Shown here: positions 1-8,553 of the stretch, one piece after another
How positions within the stretch are numbered: position 1 is the stretch's first letter
Layout: every line of letters starts with the position of its first letter
Source of the DNA: Candidatus Poribacteria bacterium
Lineage (GTDB): Bacteria; Poribacteria; WGA-4E; WGA-3G
DNA length: 49,893 bases
Reading direction: 5' to 3'
Assembly (NCBI GenBank): GCA_009839975.1
Contig: VXOP01000382.1
Location: 1,383 to 51,275 of the forward strand
Translations under genes and position numbers: made by a program
Notes under the pieces: generated by a model
What the model was told of the DNA's origin: nothing
Seen by the model: the letters and a program-made list of their open reading frames with translations, nothing else
Database searches by the model: none

Positions 1-603
1 AGCGTGGCGTTCAGTCCGGATGGAAACACCCTCGCCAGTGGGAGTGGGGATACCGTCTGTTTGTGGGACGCAAGTACAGGTAAACAGCTCTACAAACTCA
101 CTGGACATGAACATGTCAACAGCGTGGCGTTCAGTCCGGATGGTGCTACCCTCGCCAGTGGGGGACAGGACAGAACCATCCGTTTGTGGGACGTAAACAC
201 AGGTAAGCATGTCCGCACACTTACCGGACATACGAATGTAATCGACAGTGTAACGTTCAATCTGTTTGGTCCAAATGGCAGTCTTCTTGTCAGTGTGGGA
301 GGGATTTACACCCGTGTGTGGGACGCAAATACAGGTAAACAGCTTCGAACACTCGCCGGATATAGAGGCACTGGGCGCACGAGTTTTGTCTATAGCGTAG
401 CGATCAGTCCAGATGGAAACACCATTGCCAGTGGGCATGATATTGGCACCATCCGTTTGTGGGATGCAAACACAGGAGAACATCTCCGCACACTCAACGG
501 ACATACGGGGTATGTCGGAAGTTTAGCGTTTAGTCCGGATGGACGCACCCTTGCTAGTGGAAGTGGGGACGGCACCGTTCTATTATGGGATATGGAGCCA
601 TAA
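1..603 (+). CDS. WD40-repeat protein, C-terminal part (runs off the left edge)
   Basis: Five or more WD40 units of the form SVAFSPDG..LASG..D.T..LWD..TG..L..LTGH; frame is open from position 1. Confidence 0.95.
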   Translation, partial: SVAFSPDGNTLASGSGDTVCLWDASTGKQLYKLTGHEHVNSVAFSPDGATLASGGQDRTIRLWDVNTGKHVRTLTGHTNVIDSVTFNLFGPNGSLLVSVGGIYTRVWDANTGKQLRTLAGYRGTGRTSFVYSVAISPDGNTIASGHDIGTIRLWDANTGEHLRTLNGHTGYVGSLAFSPDGRTLASGSGDGTVLLWDMEP

Positions 604-661
604 AACCCTTTGACACTCATCTAAGAAAACGTGGTGGAAAGTTCTATAGATATACTGAAAG

Positions 662-925
662 CTAAGACAGAATTTGAACGACCTCTCCAATTTCAACACT
701 ACGATTAATTGCCTCCAAAACACGTATATTCTGATAAGCATCCTCAAGGCTTGAGTGTGGTAAGGTTCCTGCCTGTAAGGATTGTGCCCAATGTTGCAAC
801 TCTTCCAGATAACCGTGTCTACCTACCGCCGCAACAGCATACAGATCTTCATTCTTGAACATCTCATTGTAATCTGTATAGTGGCGAAGTGCACCAAATT
901 TTCGCGCGTTTGATCTCGCCTTTGT
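662..925 (-). pseudogene. Gfo/Idh/MocA oxidoreductase remnant with a large internal deletion
   Basis: The frame upstream of the called ORF reads KARSNARKFGALRHYTDYNEMFKNEDLYAV (N-terminal Rossmann segment). It joins directly to HGYLEELQHWAQSL...EDAYQNIRVLEAINRS.E.GEVV (typical C-terminus). No proper start; in-frame stop further upstream. Confidence 0.7.
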
Positions 926-1064
926 ATAATAATAGGTGTCGGGGACGAAAATGGCTCCATGCCTAGTGATTGTCAGGCTGCGGTCTGCACAATCCTATAT
1001 TCCTGGCTATCACTTTCTCTAACCTGCGGGAGGAGTTCGCCTGATTCGTCAACATAGTCTGGGA

Positions 1065-1658
1065 TTAGTTATCAGGAAATGTGACGCGATCATAAATTTC
1101 ATGCAAGGGCAGTTCACATTGGACTGAAATAAGGGATAAGCGTTCTTCAATGTTTTGAAAATCGGTGAGAATCCAATTGTTCTCTTGACGGTTGAACCGT
1201 TCAATGCAAATCTTGTCTTGTGCAACAAGGATGTATTCCTGTAAAGATGGTAGCTCTCGGTAGTGCCTAAATTTTTCACCACGATCATAAACCTCTGTTG
1301 ATGGTGACAAGACTTCTACCAGAAGAATTGGATTGAGGAGTATATCAAAGACATCATCTTCAAAACGGGGTTCTTCACAAACGACAACGACATCGGGGTA
1401 AAAATAGGATGAAGTGCTGGGGGTGCTGACCCGCATTTCGTTTGCGTAAGTTTCGCACCCTCTCCCCTTTAAATTGATATGGAGCATGGCGGATATATTC
1501 ATGGTAATTAGATTATGTGCTCGACTTGCACCGGACATTGCGATTATTTTCCCTTTAACGTACTCATTTCTGACTGTTTCTGCGTCAGGTATTGCCTTGC
1601 GTTCCAAAATAATATATTCTTCAGGTGTGAGGATTGTTTGTGCTGCAGAGGTTGCCAT
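1065..1658 (-). CDS. Uma2-family (PD-(D/E)XK) putative endonuclease
   Basis: EYVKGKIIAMSGASRAHN, YPDVVV, LLVEVLSPSTEVYDRGEKF..Y..L.SLQEYILV motifs. Confidence 0.93.
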   Translation of the reverse strand: MATSAAQTILTPEEYIILERKAIPDAETVRNEYVKGKIIAMSGASRAHNLITMNISAMLHINLKGRGCETYANEMRVSTPSTSSYFYPDVVVVCEEPRFEDDVFDILLNPILLVEVLSPSTEVYDRGEKFRHYRELPSLQEYILVAQDKICIERFNRQENNWILTDFQNIEERLSLISVQCELPLHEIYDRVTFPDN

Positions 1659-1677
1659 AAGTTCACCTGCTGTAAAA

Positions 1678-3039
1678 TTAAATTGAATAGATCATTCTGC
1701 TGGCTTCTTCAAATTCCGGTTTGAGTGGATCGGTTGACAGATATAACTTCTGATAAGGTTCATATAGTTGGATATAACTCCAATTGACTCCACATAACAC
1801 TTTGCCGTTATTGACAAGTTTGATAAATCTACCACGGAACTTTGCGCGGGTGTTCTCAGGAGGTGAATGCATCGCCTTGCGGATGTGTGAGTCGTCCAAT
1901 ATCCTTTCTATCAAACCGCGTTTTTCAGCTTTATAGAAAACGCCTAAATCCTGACGGATATTATGGTATTCTAAATCTATTCGTTTAACCTCAGCAGAAT
2001 CCCACTTTAATGATCGGTGCTTTACATACGTCTCAATACACTTTCTTTTGATGACCCAATCTAATTCACGGTCAAGTTGCATCGGATCCTGTTCCAATTG
2101 TGTCATCACATATTCCCAACGTTTCATCACCTCATCCGTTGTTGGGTCAGATTCAGCCTGTTCAAGATATCTTTTAGCACATTCAAAGTATCGCCATTGA
2201 AGTTCTATTGCTGATAATCGCTTACCATTATCAAGCTCAATCAGTCTTTTACAGTTTATATCTTCAGAAATTTCATGAATGGCTTGTACCGAATTTCGTA
2301 GAGCAAAATGTTCATTAATGAAGTGATCTTCAATCATCCGAAGAATGATTCCGGTTATGCCAACCTTTAGAAGTGTTGAGTATTCCGACATATTAGAATC
2401 CCCTACGATGACGTGCAATCGTCTATATTTTTCTCTATCAGCATGGGGTTCATCCCGGGTGTTGATGATTCCGCGTGCGGTTGTTGTTGCTATTGAGATT
2501 TCTTCTCGGATATGTTGGGCGCGTTGTGATATTTCGTAGAAACCTTGGTCACTTCGTTTTACTTTTCCTGCGCCCGTGTATATTTGTCGGGTGACAAAAA
2601 AGGGGATGAGTTGTGATGCAAGTTGCCGAAAACTGACCTTTTCCCGTTCCATTAGATAGTTTTCATGACAACCGTAAGTATTGCCGACTGTATCTAGGTT
2701 GTTTTTGAATATAGAGATTTTTCCTCTAAAACCGTCCGCTTTCATCCTGCGTTCAGCAGTTGTTGCGAGTCGAGTTACGATTCGTTCTCCTGCTTTATCA
2801 TGTGCGACCAGATCGATCACATCATCACATTCAGGGGTAGCATATTCTGGATGACATCCGATATCTTGATAGAATCGTGCGCCGTTTTCCAAGAAAACAT
2901 CTGGATACATCCGTCCAGAGATGATTTCACGGAACAAGTACATCACAACATTCTGGACAGTGAGTTTCTTACCTCTGTTTTTATCCGGTGTGCAGATGAT
3001 GCCGTATTCCGTTTCCAACCCATAAATTCTACGATGCAT
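1678..3039 (-). CDS. pafA: Pup-protein ligase
   Basis: RRIYGLETEYG, FLENGARFYQDIGCHPEYATPEC, YGCHENYL, INTRDEPHAD..YRRLHVIVGDSNMSE; last gene of the Pup operon. Confidence 0.95.
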   Translation of the reverse strand: MHRRIYGLETEYGIICTPDKNRGKKLTVQNVVMYLFREIISGRMYPDVFLENGARFYQDIGCHPEYATPECDDVIDLVAHDKAGERIVTRLATTAERRMKADGFRGKISIFKNNLDTVGNTYGCHENYLMEREKVSFRQLASQLIPFFVTRQIYTGAGKVKRSDQGFYEISQRAQHIREEISIATTTARGIINTRDEPHADREKYRRLHVIVGDSNMSEYSTLLKVGITGIILRMIEDHFINEHFALRNSVQAIHEISEDINCKRLIELDNGKRLSAIELQWRYFECAKRYLEQAESDPTTDEVMKRWEYVMTQLEQDPMQLDRELDWVIKRKCIETYVKHRSLKWDSAEVKRIDLEYHNIRQDLGVFYKAEKRGLIERILDDSHIRKAMHSPPENTRAKFRGRFIKLVNNGKVLCGVNWSYIQLYEPYQKLYLSTDPLKPEFEEASRMIYSI

Positions 3040-3739
3040 GGCTCAAAATCTCAGTTATTTCTTCAATAGAAAACCTGCGAAATTTCCGTCTACCAGCAGT
3101 GACATCCAGGCACGCAACTTCTATCGTTTGTGGGGTAATCTGATACGGTTCGGACTCTTCGGATTCTACTTTTTCAAAGGTTTGAGACGCAAGTTGCAAG
3201 GCAGCGGACAACTCTAAATCGGAGGAATAATCTTCTCGAAGAATTTCTACAATGGCTTCTGCTCTGCCCCCAATGACTGCGAAGTTCTCCTCCTCACGGT
3301 ATGTCCCATCAAAATCTATGTAATATATCTGGTTCCCTACTGATGGATCCGCATCTATTTCACAGACAAGTAGTTCGATCTCAAGAGGCTTTGCATCCCA
3401 TGTTTGTGATATGGAACCGATATACTGTGAATAGAGATTCGTCAACCACTTACCAGTAACATCTTCTCGAAAATATGTGTAGCCTTTAATCTCTGATTCG
3501 CGAATTCCTGCTACACGTAATGCCTCATATTCAGCAATACGACCTGTTGATGCAAGTGCTATCTTGTCATATATCTCAGATATTTTATAGGTAGTTCTAC
3601 GCGGGTTCTCCGCTACCATCAAGAGTCCGTTTTTATATGCTAAGACAACTACCTCTTTTGCTTGTTCAATACCGCGTCGGACAAAATCTCTCTTATCTTC
3701 CCATATCTGTTCAGGAGAAACATAATAAGGTGTTGACAT
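3029..3739 (-). CDS. prcA: 20S proteasome alpha subunit
   Basis: PYYVSPEQI.EDK.DF.R.GI, KISEIYDKIA, KPLEIELLV, LD....RRKFRR; overlaps the pafA start by 11 nt. Confidence 0.95.
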   Translation of the reverse strand: MSTPYYVSPEQIWEDKRDFVRRGIEQAKEVVVLAYKNGLLMVAENPRRTTYKISEIYDKIALASTGRIAEYEALRVAGIRESEIKGYTYFREDVTGKWLTNLYSQYIGSISQTWDAKPLEIELLVCEIDADPSVGNQIYYIDFDGTYREEENFAVIGGRAEAIVEILREDYSSDLELSAALQLASQTFEKVESEESEPYQITPQTIEVACLDVTAGRRKFRRFSIEEITEILSHAS

Positions 3740-3784
3740 TAAAACTCCATATCGGTTTTAGGTAAATCTACGCAATTGATAGAT

Positions 3785-4576
3785 CTACGTTTGTTCCAAA
3801 CGGGAAATCAGCTCCCGGAACAACTCAGCTACGGTGTTATCCGGGAGAGCGGCTACACCTTCATCTGTAATAGTTGTTAATGTTGGAAAGATATTCCTGA
3901 TAAGGTCTGGACCAGCAGTGGCGATATCCTCATCTGCCGCATCCCATAATGCTTCGGCGACAGCATTCAAGGCTGTTATTTCTGACATCTGTGGACGATA
4001 CAACTTCTTCAAAGTTGCGCGGGCATCTTTACCGCCAGAACCGATAGCATAATAGGTGTCTTCCTCATATCTTCCACCCAATGCATCGTACTTGAAAATC
4101 CTACCCTTTCCAATTTTCTTATCGTATCCAGCAAAAATCGGCAGCACGATTAATCCCTGCATAGCCAATCCTATGTTTGAGCGAACAAGTGTTGACAGGT
4201 AGTTGGCTTGTCCGTCCAAACTTAGGGACATACCCTCAATCTTTTCATAGTATTCCACTTGAACTTGAAAGAGTTTTGCTGTTTCAATACAGGGACCCGC
4301 AACACCAGCGACAGCAATAGCAGAATGCTGATCAATTTTATACACTTTTTGGATACGTCGTTCCCCGACTTGGTAACCTTCTGTTGCTTGTCTATCACCT
4401 GCGATGATAACACCATTATCGTAGACGAGTGCAAGAACAGTCGTACCTTCCAGATAATTGTGCGGAAGGTTATCATTTATACCGTTCAGTTGTGTCCAGT
4501 CACCTAAGTGATCGGGGTGTCGGTTCTTCAAAACTTGCAAAAAATCGTTCGTTCCATATTCATGGAGTTTGAGCAA
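3785..4576 (-). CDS. prcB: 20S proteasome beta subunit with propeptide
   Basis: Propeptide followed by G|TTVLAL (catalytic Thr1), AGDRQAT, AIGSGG, DAADEDIATAGPD. Confidence 0.95.
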   Translation of the reverse strand: MLKLHEYGTNDFLQVLKNRHPDHLGDWTQLNGINDNLPHNYLEGTTVLALVYDNGVIIAGDRQATEGYQVGERRIQKVYKIDQHSAIAVAGVAGPCIETAKLFQVQVEYYEKIEGMSLSLDGQANYLSTLVRSNIGLAMQGLIVLPIFAGYDKKIGKGRIFKYDALGGRYEEDTYYAIGSGGKDARATLKKLYRPQMSEITALNAVAEALWDAADEDIATAGPDLIRNIFPTLTTITDEGVAALPDNTVAELFRELISRLEQT

Positions 4577-4578
4577 TC

Positions 4579-4776
4579 CTACTGCCCTCCTCGCTGGATA
4601 TAATTTTCGACGAATTCCTCTGAGTCTTCCTCCAGAATCTCATCAATTTCGTCGAGTAGCGCATCGAGGTCTTCTGTCAACTCGTCAACATTTTCATTGA
4701 GTTCAGGATTTGGATAAATCTCCTCATTTTCTTTGATGGAGTTATCTTTGTATTCTTGCTGTTTTTCGCTTGGCAT
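4579..4776 (-). CDS. pup: Prokaryotic ubiquitin-like protein Pup (C-terminal GGQ)
   Basis: 65 aa, acidic, DLDALLDEIDEILEE..EEFV..YIQRGGQ; AAGGAG RBS; lies between dop and prcB. Confidence 0.95.
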   Translation of the reverse strand: MPSEKQQEYKDNSIKENEEIYPNPELNENVDELTEDLDALLDEIDEILEEDSEEFVENYIQRGGQ

Positions 4777-4876
4777 GTCGTACTCCTTATTCGGATTTAG
4801 GGTTACGGAATTCCGTATACCAATGTAGCCTTATTTAACCAACTATAATCAACAGGGTTTACATTATTAAACAAAA

Positions 4877-6364
4877 TCATTTACAGTCGTCGCGAATTTG
4901 GTTCACGAGTTCATCAACTGTGCAAGTGTTGAGCATTTCACCGACTATCTCTTGTGTTCCAAAGTGGGGTCGTTCCATCATAATCTTTTCAAATCCTGAA
5001 GGTCCGTTGAAAATAATAGAATTCCAACTTACGCTATGGATGTGACTTGGAAATCTACGTAAACAGGTTCCTCGAAAATAGGCACGTGTGTCTAATGGTG
5101 GATGTTGAATTGCATGTACGACCTCCTCATGGGTTAAGATACGTTCTACATGTCCATTCTTTTGTAGTCGTAAGTACAATCCCTTATCTGGTCTTAGATC
5201 GTGATATTGCAGATCGAGCATTCTAACTTGAGGGTCTGTCCATTTAAATCCGTGGCGTGCAATATACGCATCAATGAGTTTTTTCTTGATAATCCAATCC
5301 AAGTGTCTTCCTAAAGACATCGGTTCCTTTTGTAGCCTATTTAGCACAAAATCCCACTTCTGCATTACATCATCAACAATCGGTGTCCTTTCATCTTTTG
5401 ACAGATGTTTTTGTGCAAGATTAAGATATGCACGTTGAATTTCAATTGCCGTCAAGTTACGTCCATCTTTTAGTTCAATTTTCTGATTGCACATCAAATC
5501 TCTTGATATTGACTTGATTGCTGCGACAGGTTCATTTAATGCGAACTGATCACGAACAACACGTTTCTCAATTAATTGTAAGACTATTGCCGTGATACCG
5601 ACTTTCAGATAGATTGTGAACTCGGACATGTTAGAATCACCGACGATCACATGCAAGCGTCTATAACGAGTTGAATCAGCGTGTGGTTCATCTCTCGTAT
5701 TAATTATGGGGCGTTCCACCATTGTGCTCAGTCCGACCTCTTTTTCAAAAAAGTCTGCCCGTTGAGAGATCTGAAAATCCGCTTCGTCTGTTCCGTTTTC
5801 AGCACCTACCTTACCGCTACCGGTTATGATTTGACGCGTCACAATGAATGGTGTTAAGCCGCCAACTATGTCCGAGAAATCTGTTTTACGCGACATCAAA
5901 TAGTTTTCATGTGAGCCGTAACTATGTCCCTTATAGTCAGTATTGTTTTTATAGATGATAATTTCTTGATTATCCAGTAGCAACTGTTCAGCGGCAAGTC
6001 TACTTAGATCTAAAATCAACTCTCCTGCTTTTTCATATTTAACAAGGTCTCTTGCATTTGAGCATTCAGGTGTACAGTATTCAGGGTGTGCATGGTCTAC
6101 ATAATAACGACCCCCGTTTACCAGTATATCATTTATGACACTGTATGTATCCTCTTCAACGATCGGTTTTTGAGTTTCATCAATGAAACCGCGAGCGTCC
6201 ATTAGCGGACTTTCTTGTGCATAATCCCATGAAATAGTCGGCATATTGCGACTTCTATATGCATTAACAACTAAGGTTGAAGCTGCAATTGGGTCTTGTT
6301 CTCTTGCGTTTTTTACCGAAATACCAAATTCTGTTTCTGTGCCGATTATCGTTGGTGTAGACAT
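4877..6364 (-). CDS. dop: Pup deamidase/depupylase
   Basis: IIGTETEFGI, WDYAQESPL.DARGF Dop loop, NGGRYYVDHAHPEYCTPE, SYGSHENYL. Start placed at MSTPT (6364) because the longer ORF begins inside a repeat element. Confidence 0.93.
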   Translation of the reverse strand: MSTPTIIGTETEFGISVKNAREQDPIAASTLVVNAYRSRNMPTISWDYAQESPLMDARGFIDETQKPIVEEDTYSVINDILVNGGRYYVDHAHPEYCTPECSNARDLVKYEKAGELILDLSRLAAEQLLLDNQEIIIYKNNTDYKGHSYGSHENYLMSRKTDFSDIVGGLTPFIVTRQIITGSGKVGAENGTDEADFQISQRADFFEKEVGLSTMVERPIINTRDEPHADSTRYRRLHVIVGDSNMSEFTIYLKVGITAIVLQLIEKRVVRDQFALNEPVAAIKSISRDLMCNQKIELKDGRNLTAIEIQRAYLNLAQKHLSKDERTPIVDDVMQKWDFVLNRLQKEPMSLGRHLDWIIKKKLIDAYIARHGFKWTDPQVRMLDLQYHDLRPDKGLYLRLQKNGHVERILTHEEVVHAIQHPPLDTRAYFRGTCLRRFPSHIHSVSWNSIIFNGPSGFEKIMMERPHFGTQEIVGEMLNTCTVDELVNQIRDDCK

Positions 6365-6406
6365 ATTATTTTTCGGAGTGCAATACTGACGTAAAGTTAC
6401 TGTATG

Positions 6407-6519
6407 TATAGTGGATTTCAGAAATAATGAAACACTCCACAACGGGCGAGGAGACCTCGTCCCTACGCGGGGTGGTCTACAAACGCTGAAATGTCTCTTT
6501 AATTAATGACCTAACTATA
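6407..6519. mobile_element. MITE-like element (family A) with TATAGT...ACTATA ends and an internal GTAG REP hairpin
   Basis: Left end TATAGTGGATTTCAGAAATAATGAAACA; right end (reverse complement) TATAGTTAGGTCATTAATTAAAGAGACA. Internal GTAG-GGACGAGG-TCT-CCTCGCCC on the - strand (6444-6466). Second copy at 46056-46178. Confidence 0.75.
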
Positions 6520-6550
6520 ATCTCACTCATTTCAGTATAATAATGATACT

Positions 6551-8347
6551 TTATAGATACGATCCGCCTTTGCTAACTCTCACCTCAGGTTTCTTACGTG
6601 CTTCAGGTTGATTGATGAGTGCGCGAATATTGACAATCTTTTCACCTTTTCTCCCGGAAATCTTTGCCCAATCATCAGGATTAGTGGTGTTAGGTAGATC
6701 CTCATTTTCTCTGTATTCTTCTCGGATAGCAATCTTCAGATCATTGGGAGAGATACCTTTCTCTTTTCCCTCAGAACTGATGAGTCGTTTAATAGCCATT
6801 TTCTTTGCCCGTGAAACGATGTTTCTAATCATTGCCCCACTGACAAAGTCTTTGAAGAAGAGCGTTTCACGTTCACCGCGTGTATACGTTACCTCAATAA
6901 ATCTGTTTCCCTCAGACGTGGCATACATTTCCTCAACCGCTTCATTGATAAGGTGTTCTACAACCTTATTCGTATCTTCGTCAAATTGTTCAGTAATGTT
7001 CTTGGCAAAAGGGAGGTCAGGTGTCAAATAAATAGCAAATATGTCCTTGGCACCATCAATATTAGGACGATCAATCTTTATTTTTATGTCAAGTCTGCCG
7101 GGTCTCAAAACTGCCGGATCAAGTAAATCTTGTCGATTACTTGCCCCGATGACAATCACGTCGCGCAGGTTATCTACACCATCAATCTCTGCCAGGAATT
7201 GTGGTACCAGTGTAGACTCCATATCAGATGAAATACCCATACCACGCGAACGGAACAGAGAATCCATTTCATCAAAGAAAATGACGACTGGATATCCTTC
7301 TCTTGACTTATCCCGTGCTTTTTGAAAAACTTCCCTTATTTTTCGTTCTGTTTCCCCGACATACTTATTGAGAAGTTCAGGTCCTTTAATGTTAATAAAA
7401 TATCCTCTGATGTCTTCTCTACCATACTTCTTCCGTATCCGCTCAGCGAGACAGTTCGCTACGGCACGGGCAATTAATGTTTTCCCACATCCTGGCGGTC
7501 CATAGAGTAGTACACCTTTAGGGGGTGTTAAATCAAACTCTTTATATTCATCAGGATAGAGATATGGCATCTCAATTGCATCTCGTATCGCCTCAATCTG
7601 AGAATCTAACCCACCTATGTCTGCGTAACTTATATCGGGTACTTCTTCAAGCAGCAAGTCATCAAGTTCGCGCTTTGGCAGTTTCTCAAGTAGCATACCG
7701 CTGCTATGGTTTAGAAGGACAGGGTCTCCTGTTTTTAAGGTCTCATCTTTCAAGGCAGAAGAAATCCGTACGACCTGTTCTTCATCTGTCCGCAGGCTAA
7801 CAATTGCGCGTCCCAATTCAAGTATCTCCTTAATTTTTACGACATCGCCGTGTTTTTCAGGTGGTTTGACAGCTATGACATTTAAACCACTATTAACAAT
7901 TACTTCTTGCCCAACATCTATTTGATCAACTACGATTGCTGGGTCGAGATTGACTCGCCATTTCTTGCCGCCAATGTCAACATCAATTGTATTGTCATCA
8001 TTTTTACCGAGAAAAATACCATAGTTGTTCGGCGGTGCACTCAGCTGTTTAACCTTCTCTTTCAATAATTCAAGTTTTTCTCTTGCTTCTTGAAGGGTTC
8101 CTGTAAGTTTCCGATTGCGTCTGTGTGCTTGCATTAATTCGCGAGTCATTTCGTATAAACGCGCGTCAACATCTTCTTCGGGTGAAGACCTGAGCTGTCT
8201 TCTCAGATCAGACACCTCGTTCTCAAGCATCTCTATCTGCCAATTGAGCTCACGAACCATTTGTGGGTAATCAACTTTATCTGTAGCAGTATCTTCCATA
8301 TCGGAACTTTTCAATAATTCGGATGGAGTGTTTCTTTTAGTTGCCAT
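6551..8347 (-). CDS. arc: Proteasome-associated AAA+ ATPase ARC/Mpa
   Basis: N-terminal coiled coil, PP..YG.FL, LEEVPDISY.DIGGL, Walker A GPPGCGKT, KYVGE pore loop, FFDEMDS, NEDLPNTTNPDDWAKISG, C-terminal GSYL. Confidence 0.97.
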   Translation of the reverse strand: MATKRNTPSELLKSSDMEDTATDKVDYPQMVRELNWQIEMLENEVSDLRRQLRSSPEEDVDARLYEMTRELMQAHRRNRKLTGTLQEAREKLELLKEKVKQLSAPPNNYGIFLGKNDDNTIDVDIGGKKWRVNLDPAIVVDQIDVGQEVIVNSGLNVIAVKPPEKHGDVVKIKEILELGRAIVSLRTDEEQVVRISSALKDETLKTGDPVLLNHSSGMLLEKLPKRELDDLLLEEVPDISYADIGGLDSQIEAIRDAIEMPYLYPDEYKEFDLTPPKGVLLYGPPGCGKTLIARAVANCLAERIRKKYGREDIRGYFINIKGPELLNKYVGETERKIREVFQKARDKSREGYPVVIFFDEMDSLFRSRGMGISSDMESTLVPQFLAEIDGVDNLRDVIVIGASNRQDLLDPAVLRPGRLDIKIKIDRPNIDGAKDIFAIYLTPDLPFAKNITEQFDEDTNKVVEHLINEAVEEMYATSEGNRFIEVTYTRGERETLFFKDFVSGAMIRNIVSRAKKMAIKRLISSEGKEKGISPNDLKIAIREEYRENEDLPNTTNPDDWAKISGRKGEKIVNIRALINQPEARKKPEVRVSKGGSYL

Positions 8348-8416
8348 ACAAAATTTCTCACTTTCTATTGAAAAGGTTTATGAAATAGTCATTTTATACC
8401 GGCCTGAGTGCATACA

Positions 8417-8445
8417 AGTATATCATGTTGCGGCTTTTACTTCAA
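8417..8445 (-). promoter_or_regulatory. Sigma70-type promoter for the arc/Pup operon
   Basis: - strand TTGAAG-17 nt-TATACT with extended -10 TG, 70 nt upstream of arc. Confidence 0.65.
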
Positions 8446-8456
8446 GAGAACTAACC

Positions 8457-8553
8457 GAGGGTGTGTAAAATTTTTGTAGAGACCCTTTCAGTGTAACGCG
8501 GTTAAAAAATTGTGTAACGCGGTTAAAATGTAACCAAAACTTTACACACTCTC
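8457..8553. repeat. Inverted-repeat-bounded element (family B) with internal direct repeats at a 21-bp period
   Basis: GAGGGTGTGTAAAATTTT ... AAAACTTTACACACTCTC ends; GTGTAACGCGGTTAAAA occurs twice (8491, 8512). Related ends at 32921 and 18503. Confidence 0.7.

Noticed and set aside
598-625. TTTGACACTC after the WD40 stop as another IS end or terminator
   Set aside because: The similarity to family B ends is too short and there is no stem-loop with a U tract.
6365-6442. 26-aa N-terminal extension of Dop in the ORF track
   Set aside because: It begins inside the family A repeat element; Dop homology starts at MSTPTIIGTETE.
8491-8535. Direct repeats as a mini CRISPR array
   Set aside because: Only two 17-bp copies with a 4-nt gap; no spacers, leader or cas genes.
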